Numbered from the stretch's first letter, positions 25,614-40,574 are shown. The stretch: DNA of 64,000 nt from Octopus sinensis (GCF_006345805.1 NC_043013.1:37510001-37574000), one strand, 5' to 3'. Notes: generated by a model from the sequence alone, not told the origin. Numbers and translations: made by a program.

Positions 25614-26500
25614 ATTATATATATATATATATGTTATGGCGGGCGTAATGAAAGTATAAGCAATAAAATTCCTTGCTACTGAAACTTACAGAACACAGAC
25701 TGAATTTCTATCATTCATCCTTACACCCATATTATTTAGCAGGTATTTCGTGTCCTATATGGTTTGTGTTCACCCGATATATGAAAGAGGTGTAACTGTT
25801 TCTCCTTATTTAGATGGTTGCATTCGTTTCTATTTCTAAGTACACTAGATTTATAGCCGAATCTAAATTATTTATCCCGGGCATTATTTGAGTTTTATTT
25901 GTTATTTGCTAATATTTCCAAACTCTGTATTATTATCCATAATGTATACTTTATTAACGATGGGGTCTGGACAGAGATACTAGAAATAGCTGTCAAACCA
26001 ACTGACAAGTCACCTTAACACAAAGGTACGATTGAGAAGATATTCAGGCGTGCATATGTGTACAAAAGGTGTGCGAGTTATGGTTGGAATACGCCTGCTC
26101 GTAGGTATGTTCAATAAGTTCGTACTTGGATTTAAACAAGAACAACAACAAAAACAAGAACAACAACAACAACAACTATTACCTTCGATACGCAAACCTA
26201 CTAAGGCTTAAATTTATAATCAGAGAATATCAGCATCATACAAGACGTTTAAAATAATTATGGCTATTGTAAGCATGCCGGAAATAAACTTTTGGTGAAG
26301 CCATGCTGGTTTATATTTCCGGAAAGTCGAAATTTCGATTAATTACACCCTATAACATAGCATTCCGCAATTATATGCTATATGTAAAATACGGTGAATT
26401 GTGTTCGAAAATATGAAGTGATTATATATACATTTATGGCACGAAACAAGAATGATATATCTACACACAGAGAATGATATATAACAAGTATAATATATCT

Positions 26501-26531
<31 letters not shown>

Positions 26532-26689
26532 AACACGCAGACAAACACACACACATACACATAACACGTATGTACATATGTATCTGTGTATGTACTTATA
26601 TATATATGCTTGGAAATATTTATAAGTATGTACGTGTAGGCCTGTGTGTATGTATTTGTCCAGCTTTCGAAATATAACTAGCTGATGAA

Positions 26690-27090
<401 letters not shown>

Positions 27091-27821
27091 CTGTAGTTTC
27101 CATCCTTAAGTACAGTTACAAATGCAACCGGATAGAACGAGTGCTGCGCTAAATAAACGTGTATGACAAAACCAAGTGTACCTCCAGACTAATTCTACAG
27201 TGTGGTCGTAGATAAATTGTCCTCCTGAATATATACCTGCATATGAGAAAGTTTAATTTGAAAGCTTTGAAACATATCCCTACTTCAATTTTATTCAATA
27301 CGCAACCCGGATAAAGCACTGCAACTAGTGAACAACTCATGTATTGTTTCTCCATGATTTAGAAGCCGGAAAATAGAGTACGAATTTACCGTTTATCCAA
27401 GCAAAGTGAACAACATTGCTAACATATATGAATTAGTTTCTCGTCAGGAGCCTTTTTATGTGGATTATTTCATACATGAATTAAATTGATTATCTACTAC
27501 TTCCGGAGATTCACGTGATCATTTGTTGTGAAATTCAGCGTTGTGAAAGGGAGTCGGCGATGGTAACGACATAGATGTATAGAATCTCGGAGCGCTAAAG
27601 GATGAGCGAATTGTGCACGTGCAAAGCGTGATCCTGGTAGCGCTTTAAATATTTCCGGGTACATATTCAAAGGCCCGAATTCCGGCTACTAGCCAAGGAC
27701 CAAATTTTGAAGTTAGTTTTTGTTTCAGCATATTACAATCTGAATTGGTCGTTGGGATCAGCTGATTCCCTTTCCCAATCACTTTTCCTCATGACCAGCA
27801 GTTTCGAGAGGTATAAATAAT

Positions 27822-27854
27822 CATCGTCATCATCATCATCATCATCATCATCAT

Positions 27855-27893
<39 letters not shown>

Positions 27894-27918
27894 CATCATC
27901 ATCATCATCACCACCACC

Positions 27919-28015
<97 letters not shown>
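27822..28015. repeat. (CAT)n
   Basis: Direct reading. Confidence 0.97.
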
Positions 28016-28649
28016 CGAAACTGTATTTCTCAAATAATCAATTTATCAATATCATCATACACACACACATACATATATATGTTTGAGTGTGTGTATAAGT
28101 ATGTGTGTGTATGTGAGAGAGAGAGAGACAGAGACAGACAGACAGACAGATACAGAGAGAGTGAGAGATGGTGTGTGTGTGTGTTTACGTTTGCGCACCC
28201 ATATGCGCGCGCGTTTAACCATGTACATATCTGTAAGATTAATATAATTTGTTAATCACTTCTACTATAAGAATATCAAAAGTCAATGAATTTTCAGTAC
28301 AAAGTATTAGTTGCTGTTGACAATGCTGTAGCAGTAGTGAGAATGGTGGAGACAGTACTGATGGTGTTGGTGGTCCCGGCGTCGGCGGTGGTGGTGGCGG
28401 TGATGGTGACATTGTGGTATGAGTGGATTGTTGCGTTATTAGTTTTTTCCTTGTATTTTTCACAGCCAATAGTATAATCAGAAATCTGATATACCTTTAC
28501 CTAATAACTTGAATTTCAGACTGGAAGGAAAGGGCAACAGGTTCTCTACTCAATTTGACTGACATTCCTATAGCTAATCGCTGAATTGCATTACCCGTTA
28601 TATTAAAGATAGTCTGACAAGTGTTAATTGTTCTCAACTTAGGAAGTAA

Positions 28650-28815
28650 AGTCAGCGGGCCGGTAGATTCGTTAGCGCGCTTGTCAAATTGCCTAGCGGC
28701 GTTTTGACCGTCTCTGTCTTCCAGAGTTCAAATTCCGCCAAGCCGACTTGACTTTCATCGTACCGGAGTCGATAAAAAATTATCAGTTGAGTTAAACCTA
28801 ACTTGATTGACTTGT
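28650..28815 (+). mobile_element. SINE-B, old and degenerate
   Basis: CGTTAGCGCGC...GAGTTCAAATTCCGCCAAGCCGACTTGACTTTCATC..GTCGATAAAA. Confidence 0.65.
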
Positions 28816-30139
28816 GTAAAAATTTGACGCAATTAAGGAACTAAATTTTGAATTTAATTAATTCCCTTTCATTTACCATTTCAAAATTCCTGCTCCTTTA
28901 TACTCCTCATTCTTTACATTACCTTCATCATAATCATCCATTTTCCTTCTCATTATTTTCGTTGGTGTCAATTTCCTCTTATTTAGCTTACTCTACCAGC
29001 TTCACCTTCATTAAGATTGGCCATTAGGTTGCGATTTCTAGCAATTAGAGAGATTACGTAGGATATCGTTGTATGATAGTTTACATTTTATAACAATCAT
29101 CAAAATGAGTAATGTAATACATCAACCTTGGTCATATTGGATTACATATATGAAGGAAATCATAGCCAATCAGGTTGTTGTTTTTTAAATTGAATGTTTT
29201 GGATTAAGAATCCGACTGCAAAATGAATAATCCATCCTAGACACTAATTAGGATTTCGAATATGTTAGTTATTCGTTTTAAGCTTCGGTTACATGGTATT
29301 AGGGTGATGAAACAGTGATCTTCCCAGCAAGGATACAAATCCATCTCACGTAACATTTCCTGTTCATCTGTATCCTACATACAGCATATGTATAAACTGA
29401 GACTTTCTTCGTCAAAAATATATTATACGAAGTAGATAGCAAACTCTATTCAGCAGCCATGAACTGCAGATTTATGAAGAAAGCACGAAATTTTCATCTC
29501 CACCGTACACAATGACGTCCCTACAGCGTGATAAATAATGATACATATGCTGGACCAATTACCAACAGCACTTCCCATATCACTATTAAATCAGCATTAA
29601 CGTAATTATTGCCAACAACACTAACTGTAAACCTAATTAATGTTTGCAGCAATCATGATTGCAAGATTAATAACAAAATCAACGCTGTTAGAAGCACTAG
29701 TTGAAATCAATACTAACGCTATAACTGATACGACCGCTGTTTCCTATACTGTTAACAGCGCTTCTGGTTTGTTTATACAAACAATTATTTCGGTGCACCC
29801 ATGGAGATATATTATTTTGTAATGACGAAAATAATATGTAAATGCTATTTTTATCCCTCATCCTTTTCCTTAAAACAATTGTTCATACTGTTTCCATAGC
29901 TTTGAGAAACATTATTCGTGGACAGTTTCCCAAGTAATATGGTAAATTCAGCTTCCACAACTGTTTAAGGTGTATATGATACTAGAAGCATTGCTTATAG
30001 TGGGTTTTTTTCACTGCTTCAAGAATTTTATCAACACGAAGATACCAACTCAGTTAACGAGCAATTTTTGTAATAAGTATATGCAAAGATTAAACACTTT
30101 GATAAAATGGAAATAGTCTATATTTTGTGCTTTAGCACA

Positions 30140-30320
<181 letters not shown>

Positions 30321-30798
30321 ATACAAACACTTTCAAATTCATACGCGCACACATACACACTTACACACAGAGGCTCACTCAGACACACAAACAGAAACAC
30401 TCACAGACACGCATACATATACACGCAAACAGACAACGTGCATATGTATATTTGGTGTGTATTTCATATAATAGGGTAAATGAAAGGATGAATTTGTACA
30501 TTGAATAAAAACGTGGATGGGGACAAATGTAAAGAAAGATAGAGTAAAATGCGATCGACGTATTCATGTTTCCTGTTCTGTTAAATTCTTTGTGTTTCTT
30601 CTCACGTTTAACGTTCAGTCATAACAATTTCTCTCTTCTTTCATTATACTTCCACATTCACCTCATTCGTACATACATGCATGCATACATACATAGATAC
30701 ATACATGCTTACGTATACAGAGAGAGGCATAGATATATAGATATATAGATACAGATTCCTACATACATGCATACATACATACATATATATAGACAGAC

Positions 30799-30879
<81 letters not shown>

Positions 30880-30904
30880 GAGATATAGATTGATAGATAG
30901 ATAC

Positions 30905-30952
<48 letters not shown>

Positions 30953-32274
30953 GGATACATATACACACACATATATATACACGTATATATATAAACGCGA
31001 GTGTATGTGTGAACATGTATAAGGAAGTAAGGGTGCAAGTATGCGCATGTTTCCTCGTGTGCATATTGACGTATTTGTCTTTTCTTCCTCATTCATTTTC
31101 ATTCATATGTTTTTTTTTATATGTGTGTGCGTATGTTTGTAATAAAAAAAAAAAGGTTTGTGTTTGTGTATCAAAGTCAAACTAGCAAGACGACATAAAA
31201 AAAAAATGAAGACGTTACGTAGACGAAGGAAGATTCCGAATACGGAGCATCCACATAAAAATATAAGAATTGTAATTGTCGTTTTATCTTAAGCCGTAAG
31301 CATCGCATCCTTCATTGTTTTTGTATTTGTTTATTCTTAGTTTCCCCTCTTATAGTTGTTTTTTTTTAGATTAGGCTATCTCCTTTATTGCCATTACATA
31401 TTTTTTTTCATTTTCACCAATGAAAAACCATTCTCAATGAATTCGTCCAACTGAAGGATACTATAGAAATGTTAATAGAGAGAAACAAACACATCGGTTT
31501 TTTTATTGATAAAAGATCAATTGTCTAATGACAAAACATTGGCTGTTAGTTTCTCATTACTGAAGTGCCTTTTTCACGACCCTAAAAAAGGGAACTCTGC
31601 CGGGAGCTACTACTTTTTTGCTCCTTTTGACAGCAATTTTCTCCTCCTTTATTTAACATTGCTACTTAATTGTGGGATTCATTTGAACTTGTCTCTAGCA
31701 TTTCATACAATGATCTCACTTTTTGCTTTCAAAGCAATGATACGTGATATGATTAGACAGTTTGTATGATGTATGCGTGCATATATTTGTGTGTGTGAGT
31801 GTGTGTGCATTTGTGTGTGTGCATGTGTGTGTGTTGTATATCTAAAACTTTTGTGAACACCTATTTGGCTTTCTCTATAACAGTCATTTATTTAAAGGGG
31901 TTCTTAGACATGAAGTTTTGTATACAGAGGATGTAATTACGAAAGGTTCGACACTCAATCTGAGTTGCTGTTGATGCTGTTCAAATTTTAGTCAATGAAG
32001 TCATTCCATCAATGGCATACCATCCTGTATTTCAAATTTCGAGCCTTTAAAACTACAGTACATGTGTATTTCATTTTGCAAGAACGTACAAAATTTTGTA
32101 AGACTGATTTAAATTTATGTTTTGCAGATGAGTGAATACATTAATATTTATGTAGTCTCATTTATTTCTTACTTCTTTTTTAGAGACGTGATAACAAAAT
32201 ATTCGTTATATCTGATCTAGCTCAAAGTCTATGATTCAAAGCGCCACCACAGAGCATTCAATATTATGTTTCGG

Positions 32275-32417
32275 TTAATTCCGCTGAGGTCGACTTTGCC
32301 TTTCGTCCTTTCGTCCTTTCGGGGTCGATAAATTAAGTACCAGTTGCGTACTGGAGTCGATCTAATCGACTGGTCCCCACCCTCCAAAAATTTCGGGCCT
32401 TGCGCATATAGAAAATA
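32275..32417 (+). mobile_element. SINE-B 3' part, tail Y
   Basis: AATTCCGCTGAGGTCGACTTTGCC...AATCGACTGGTCCCCACCTCCAAAAATTTCGGGCCTTG. Confidence 0.85.
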
Positions 32418-32573
32418 ATATCATGTTTCGGTTTTTCACGTAAATCTCTACCATACAATAAAATATGGGGGATTCATTTATTGTGTTAAACAAATATTTG
32501 TCGGGTACACGAATCTGCATACCTGTACATAACGAATATCTACTATACTAGATTATGGCTGTAAAAGAACAGT

Positions 32574-33035
32574 TTACTCAAATAAAACGCCCTCAGATTC
32601 CACCATGGCCTCAAGCTCGGGAACTTGGCGCATGCAGTCCTCTATGATGAAGTCGTAGAAAGTCTTTAACAACCACTTTGCTTTCCAGAGGTATGACAAG
32701 GAACTTAATTCTGCTGTCACAGATATGGTCTCCGAGCTGCACCCATCTAGAGCTAGAGTCTCCTGCATCCTCATATGCCCGTCTGAATTGGATCTAAGGA
32801 GCTATGCGAAGATTTTCGATGAAATCTGGTGTGCAGCTACTCTCAGGATGCCTGCTGCATCATGTTCTGCTGGTGAAAACTTCGTAACCAGCTTTGCAGC
32901 TCCCCTTTGGCGTATTGCAGCATTTACAGTGTTTACGGAGCATCGAGCAGCAAGCATGATATCACCATTTTGATACCCAGCGAAAATTGTAGATGTAACG
33001 TGATCCGAATATTCAAACGGCTTCCAATATGCCAT
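32574..33035 (-). pseudogene. Internally deleted Tc1/mariner transposase, maT/DD37D-like
   Basis: Minus strand: N-terminal HTH-like MAYWKP..IFAGYQNGDIMLAARCSVNTV; then IFA*LLRSNSDG; shifted frame RRPYL*QQN*VPCHTSGK (decayed QQDSAPxH); KWLLKTFYDF; C-terminus LEAMVESEGVLFE*. TIRs not resolved. Confidence 0.7.
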
Positions 33036-33159
33036 GCTAGCTAAATTATTTTCCACAGCTATTATAGTTGCTGTGCTCTCCAAATTCTCTGACTGCCCAC
33101 AAGAAGATATTCCTGAGAAGAGGAGACCTAAAAGTCCACGAAATGAAACTAGGAAGCCC

Positions 33160-33453
<294 letters not shown>

Positions 33454-33692
33454 GAATATAATCATAAGTATATGCATATATAGGATGTAGCTACACTAAT
33501 CTAGGGCCCAACAGTATAGCTGGAACTACGGCTAAATCTCGATTTCGTACTGGCATATCTTGAAAACAGTAAGCTTCAATGCTGTGTACATCACTGTGTT
33601 AACTTAACTGACCAATTGCTGTTGTTCTACATGTTGTTGAGCGCAGATTCTACTGAAAACTTTGTATATATACACACACATACACACATACA

Positions 33693-33736
<44 letters not shown>

Positions 33737-33898
33737 ATATAAACACATACAGAATCGTGTATACACTCGCATACACACTGACTTGTGTGTCTGTTGTGCG
33801 TGCGTGTACACAAAGCTATATTTTTGTACATATATATATATAGACAAATATATGTATATATGTATATATATACGTTTATTTATATGCACATATATATA

Positions 33899-33940
<42 letters not shown>

Positions 33941-34363
33941 TATATATGTATATATATATACATATAGATATATGGATACACATATATATATATGTGTGTA
34001 TATGTATATATGCATATATATGCGTGTGTGTATCTGTGTGTGTGTGCCAAACAATCTTATGTACATAAGTATATCGAAGCTAAAATCTTTGCATGTATCC
34101 CATCGACATCCGTTTGCGCTTTCATGAGAGAGACATTGGGTTCACGGTTGAAGATAGACGTAGGCTTGTAATTGGTATAGACAGATATGTAGACAGGTTA
34201 GAAGAATGCTCGTTAATGAGTGCCAACGCAACACAACAATAGACCTTGTATATTTAAAGGCTGTCATGTCGATATATCTACATGAAAATGATGACGGTTT
34301 TAATAGAGTTGGAGGAGGCGAAGTGATTGCACACGGTGATACAGTAGCAGCAGCAGCAACAGC

Positions 34364-34432
<69 letters not shown>

Positions 34433-34788
34433 TGTAGTAGTAATGGTGTTGGTGGTGGTGGTATTTATGGCAGTACTAGTATGGATATCGTGAGAAGGAT
34501 TTCTCTTCCTTCGTAACCGTTATGATGAAGACTATGTTAATGATGTAGATGCTGATAATGAGCATGGCGGTGAGGACGATGAGGATAATGATGATGATGA
34601 GGAGGGGGAAGTGGATGAGTCAGGATGGTGTCGACGACGGTGATGACGGTGTAAATATGAGAAGAGAAGATATCTTGGACATAAGCGGAGCAAAGACGAG
34701 GGCAGTCGAAGGAACAAATATAAAGAGAAATAAAACATAAACACATTCTAAGCTGGAGGGTATGAAATACTTTTTAAGATCTTAAAAT

Positions 34789-35396
34789 ATTCTTTTCTAC
34801 CCTGGGCACGAATTTTTGGGGAGGGGACCAGTCGATTAGATCGACCCCAGTACGCAAGTGGTACTTAATTTATCGACACCGAAAGGATGTAAGGCAAAGT
34901 CAGCATCGGCGGAATTTGAACTCAGAACGTAGAGACAGACGACATACCGCTAAGCATTTTGCCCGGCATGCTAACGTTTCTTATTTCTTTAATGCCCATA
35001 AGGGACTAAACATAGTGGGGACAAAGAAGGACAGACAAAGGGATTAAGTCGATTACATCGACCCCAGTGCGTAACTGGTACTTAATTTATCGACCCAGAA
35101 AGGATGAAAGGCAGAGTCGACCTCGGCGAAATTTGAACTCAGAACTTAACGGCAGACGAAATACCTATTTCTTTACTACCCACAAGAAGCTAATCACATA
35201 GAGGATAAACAAGGACAGACAACCAGATTAAGTCGATTATATCGACCTCAGTGCGTAACTGGTACTTATTTAATCGACCCCGAAAGGATGAAAGGCAAAG
35301 TCGACCTCGGTGGAATTTGAACTCAGAACGTAGCGGCAGACAAAATACTGTTAAGAATTTCGCCCGGCGTGCTGACCTTTCTGCCAGCTCACCTCC
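34789..35396 (-). mobile_element. SINE-B trimer (tail X, tail X, tail Y in transcript order)
   Basis: Three cores; junctions at 35165/35166 and 34980/34981. Confidence 0.9.
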
Positions 35397-35465
35397 TAAA
35401 GAACTTAAAATATTGAACATCTGTAGTTGTGTCAAAGAAATGCGTGCCTATAATCAAATATATAT

Positions 35466-35508
<43 letters not shown>

Positions 35509-35611
35509 GGGTGTGTGTGCGCTTGCGTTAGTGTGTGTGTGTGTGCGTGTGTGTGTGTGTATGTGTGTGTGTGTATGAGTGTGTATATGGTCACACAGAC
35601 ACCAGCTGGCG

Positions 35612-36110
35612 ACTGCCACCAGCTTCGCTGAGGATACAACATTATCCCAGTCAATTACGAACCCTGACAATATCGAAAGCTTAGTGCGATACCTAAATGC
35701 AATGTAAGCTAGGGATGAAGGAAACCACATGTACTTTTAAAGCTGGGAAAAATCAAGTACTGCCGTACCAGCCCTAAAAGGCACCACGTTCAGCATAAAC
35801 GGGACCCGAAGTGAAGGCGGCAATCTCATAGTTAAAGATTCAGGGATCAGTTTGTATAATGATGTATAATTTCATATGCACATTACTAAAATGGAAGCAA
35901 ACTGAGGACAATTAGCAAGATGGACACTAAGATGCATTAGGATATGAGGCCAAGAAGTCATACTGATGCTGTGGAAGGCCTTTATTCTTAGCCGCCTGGC
36001 CTACTGCTCTCCGCTGTTGTCACCGAATAGTGCCAAATTATCAGAGGAGTTTGAAACAACCCGTCATTACTTCACAGAAAATATTGTAACAGTGCTGTTG
36101 ATATACAGAC
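35612..36110 (+). mobile_element. Second CR1/L2-group LINE RT relic
   Basis: SFAEDT (35624-35635, decayed FADD), VKDSGI (VKDLG-like), LWKAFILSRLAYCSPLLSP (LEYCSxxWSP-like); multiple stops. Confidence 0.8.
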
Positions 36111-36129
36111 AGAGGTTGAAAAGAACCTA

Positions 36130-36710
36130 CAATATTATGCACTGCAGCATAATACTGTTAAATTTAGCGATAGTTGCTTCTCCGATATAGGGTCAATAAT
36201 TCTCCATCGCAATAAATATATATACACTAGAAACACCCACGAAAGACAATTCAACTGTAGATCAGCAAACTACTACCCGCTAAACAACAACTGTCTCGAG
36301 GAAGAAATCGTATAGAAGTCCAAGATCACGGTCCCCAACGGAGTAGCAAAGACGTATATCGGAATGATGGGAAACTCGTTCAAAGAAAGGTATACACAAC
36401 AGTTGGCGCCATTCAGAGACAAACATTTTTTTAAAATGCAGCATCTCTGTCAAATATGATATGGACATAGAAAGAAGGTAGAATATGCAAACCGCACATG
36501 ATATGGAAAATTATTGCTAAAGACAAAAAATACAGAGGACGGTGTACCAAATGTGAAGTCTTCATTACTGAAAAATTAAGCATTATGAAAACAACACAAA
36601 ATATCCTAAACATTAGGGATGAAAACTTCGCTCCCTGCATACATAAGCAATATTTAACACTCAAATACTTCGAAGAAGTACCATCTGCGACGTTAATTCC
36701 AAAAGCATAG
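36130..36710 (+). mobile_element. Penelope-like element relic: linker plus GIY-YIG endonuclease
   Basis: One frame reads NTVKFSDSCFSDIGSII..FNCR..YPLNNNCLEEEIV*KSKI..KTYIGMMGNSFKERY; after a frameshift WKIIAK..RCTKC..TEKL..ILNIRDE...CIHK. Confidence 0.85.
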
Positions 36711-36922
36711 CCCCTTAGTTGAACGCGAAATGTCAACACATATAGCACACAAACTCCACCCACAGAAGAAATGTGCCTCAATGACGAACTACTTCAACAT
36801 ACAAATATAAGAAACCACGCCCAGATCAAGAATAAAATAATGCAAACAAAGATATATATGCATCTATATATATATATGCATACATACTCTATCAATATAT
36901 ACACACAATACATAGACAATGG

Positions 36923-36997
<75 letters not shown>

Positions 36998-37149
36998 TCT
37001 TTCAGAGGCTAGCACGTATTACACTCAAGTTCGCATCTCGGGTATCCGACAGACAGTAATTCGGATATAATTTTTATTACTAGATTCATGCCAGAGAGTC
37101 TAAAAATATCTGTGAACCTTTTATAAAGAAGGATAACTGAAAAAAGATA

Positions 37150-37480
37150 TCCTTTTATTCTGAGCAAAAAACACTTTATGCGTAACTCTGAATATTGAAT
37201 TTCGACACTTGTCAATGACAATTCATGAATCAGTAGTTGCATGTATTATTGCATAACATAGCAATGATCTTGTGATAAAACCTAGTTGAAACGATTGTAA
37301 ATCAATGCAGTAAAGTAACATGTCCACTTCATTCACCTTGTTCTTATACGTGGCATAAAACGTAGGGACGTACCACCAGATGGTTTTCAAACCATTTTGC
37401 ATGGATTTTATAGTGTATAGCAGGCCTCGTTCGGTATGTGGCGTTGAAAAGTCACAACAATGAGGAAACATCGATGTCTG
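37150..37480 (-). pseudogene. Possible piggyBac transposase C-terminal relic
   Basis: Minus frame GG..PRIRTR*MKWTCYF loosely matches the GGVD..Y..R.KKW region; weak. Confidence 0.25.
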
Positions 37481-37729
37481 TCTCTCCGAAGAGGAATCCA
37501 ATGTTATTTGTCTTGCTTGCCTATATCTTATTTTCAGGTGCTTTTAACACCACTCGCATTCAGACAATTTTCTCTTACACCTAAAGCGCAGCCGACCCAC
37601 GATCTAACAGCACACTTACAAATGTATTCATGTTGTACACACACACACACACACTCGCGTGCACACACATACATACACTTACACACACATGTATAAGTTT
37701 GGAAAGTAAGAAACGACTTGATACATATA

Positions 37730-39264
37730 AGGAAAACGATACAATGTAAAAACGCTAAAATAATTTTAACATGAAATACATTTTGTAACGGTTGGCACCG
37801 GTTTCCATTTTGTCAACTTTTTCAATTGACAGTAAAACAAAGGTGGATATCAATTATGAAGAAAAACAATTACTTCGGAGAAAAAATTGAATGAAATGAT
37901 TTGTATATATTTCCATAGTCTTCAAATAAGTAGGACATTTACCGTTTTTCTGCCTCTCTCTCTCCCTCTCTCTCTCTCTTTCTCTCCCCCTCTCTCTCTC
38001 TCTTTCTTTTGTGAAGGCTCGGTATGTAGTAGCAGATCTAAAAAAATTGTCATTGTGCGTGCAGAGAAATATTTGGTTCTGAAGGTTGATGGTTTAAGCG
38101 GCAGCAGCCAGGAAAGGGAAGAAGAAGAAGAAGAAAGAAGAAGCAGAAGAAGAAGAAGAAGAAGAAGAAGAAGAAGAAGAAGAAGAAGAAGAAGAAGAAG
38201 AAGAAAAGAAGAAGAAGAAATAAAGACGGGTGTGGTATGACACAATAGAGGTGGCTGTCCGTGGAATCTACTTTAATGGACAAGTGACCTAAAAGTGACC
38301 TTTTGTGGTTGCAGCAGTAGTGGTAGGAACTGTTCTAATTAATTTCATGGTTAGCGACTCTAGATTCTAGTATTTGCGTGAGAATTATTCCAAGATTCGT
38401 GTAGTAGTGTCATCTGTGGTGGAAGCACCCAGAGGTTTATATTTTGCGATAAAAAGACATTATTTGCTAATGCACTGATTATAGTTTGCATTGTCCTTAA
38501 ATTTAAAGAGGGGAAATATTCTGAAATTGGGATTTTCATTATTGTGGTACAAATGGCGATGTTTTCACTTAATTTTATTTTTCTGTATTCCCGTATTTTA
38601 ATCTGGAATCTATGTTCAGTCATCCTCTGTGTAGACTGGTTTTAGTTTGACCAATGTATTGCTCACGACACTCTGAGCAAGTGAACACATATATCAGGTT
38701 TTCCGAAGCACATGTGACGTTGTATTTCACTGTAAGACGTTGACACTATTTGAAATAAAACTCCAATCCCTCGATTAGGTTGACGCATATACCACAGTAA
38801 AGTCTTCCGCATTCTTTTACTGACAGTTTCGATGTTGTTGACGAGTGAACTTCGGCTTGTGTTAGAATAATTTTCAATGACTTGGGAGGACGTTTGCTTT
38901 TTATGATGGTGTGCATTTAGAGGATTTGATTATTTTTATGGTTCCTGCTTAAACCATCGAACTCCAGAAACCGATATTTCTTTTCACGTATTTCTTGGGA
39001 TCTGATATTATTTATCGAGTCTTCACAAAGGAAAAGAGAGAGAATGCGAACTAAGAAAGGAAAATTTCCTACCTATTTGAAGACTATGGGAATATTTACA
39101 AAATATTTCACTTAATCTTTTCTTCAATGTAATTGTTTTTCTTCTTAATTAATATCTTCCTTTTTTTTACTTTTAGTTGAAAAAGTGGAAAGGACTGAAA
39201 CCGGTACCAAACGTAACAAAATGTATTTCATGATGAAATTATTTTAGCATTTTCTGCCATGCCT
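37730..39264. mobile_element. ~1.5-kb element with long inverted arms (~37748-37960 and ~39035-39255), probably a non-autonomous DNA transposon
   Basis: 37751-37805 versus the reverse complement of 39197-39251 is 49/55 identical, and similarity continues to ~215 bp. Outer ends ATAA|GG...CC|TTAT. Confidence 0.7.
38340..39060 (-). mobile_element. Second Penelope-like GIY-YIG relic, different lineage (Cys-rich, Neptune-like)
   Basis: Minus strand KRPPKSLK, VKECGRLYCGIC, YNVTCASENLIYVFTCSECREQYIGQTK, RMTEHR; frameshifted. Confidence 0.85.
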
Positions 39265-39732
39265 TATTTTATATATATGTATATATATATATATATACGT
39301 AAAAATGCACACATATAAACATACCGTTTACACACAAAACATGTTATCTCTCTATCTATCAATCTCTATCTCATAATCACACAGTTACAAACACACACAT
39401 ATGTATATACATACATCGTATTCTAACGTAATCCACATTCAGGCTGTTATTTAAACTCTAGGTCAGATAATTACTTATGGATAATTACTGGTGTTCGTAT
39501 GAGTTGCTACATACATGAACGCGCCTCAGCCATAAACGTAAATATATTTAGTTATTTAAACCACATTGATTTCAGTCTGTGTGATATAGTATAGGGTCAG
39601 AATTCGCCATTTCTACGTATACGCTATTTAGCCTTGCAAGATAAGCTATGCCTGGCTGTTGTAGAACCTGAAAATGGAACTGATCTCACGCTCACTGGAC
39701 CTAGCTTCATATATGCATGCATAGACACACAC

Positions 39733-39796
<64 letters not shown>

Positions 39797-40407
39797 TATA
39801 TATATATATATAAAGAGAGAGATAGAGAAAGAGAGAGAGATGCATACACAACGCTCATATACATACATTTGGGTATACATGTCATATAAAGAAGTGTGAA
39901 ACGTTGATTCGCGAATAGGATTATTTACAAATAATATACTTTATGACATGTACTGAGTACTCTCGAGGTTATTCATTTGTGTATATAAGTATATACACTG
40001 AAACACATATTTGCGTCTATGTAAGTGTATATATGTATCAACAAACACACATACACACACATATTCAGAGTGCGTATACATAAACGTATATCTCGATATC
40101 TATCTCTGGACACACACACACACACACAATTATGTCGCGTGTCATTAAGAATATATAAATATGGTAAGTGACGATGCAGTTGTTAATTTTCTCGTTTTTT
40201 TTTATTGGTGTTGTTCGTGATTCTGCTGCTGCTGCTGGTGCATACTTATCAGTGTGTGTATATGTGTGAGGCTCGCTTGTGTATGTTTCTTGGGGTAGTG
40301 CGTGCATGTGTGTGTGTGTGTGTGTGTGTGTACGTGTGTGTCTGTGTATGTATGTGCGCGCGCTAGAAATGAAATGTGTTTGTTTGTGGGATTTCATTTT
40401 GACTGGT

Positions 40408-40473
40408 ATGGCGTCTGAGAAACTGTCACTGGAAGAAGAAGCAGATAATTTGAAGATTTGCATTGAAACTTCG
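40408..40473 (+). CDS. Possible first coding exon of an unknown gene (MASEKLSLEEEADNLKICIETS)
   Basis: GGTATGG start context, 22 codons, phase-0 donor TCG|GTAAAC; no partner exon established. Confidence 0.2.
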
Positions 40474-40574
40474 GTAAACAAGATAGGTGACATTCACGAA
40501 AAATCTCCTTTAATATACGCATTGACAAACACACACTTATCCTAAAACATAAACACATTCACATACATGAGTGT

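Noticed and set aside
26278-26322. Imperfect hairpin CCGGAAATAAAC/GTTTATATTTCCGG
   Set aside because: Isolated, no element boundaries found; compatible with chance.
27100-27300. Helitron helicase C-terminal motif on the minus strand
   Set aside because: Needs several ad hoc edits to resemble HGQLYVAxSR.
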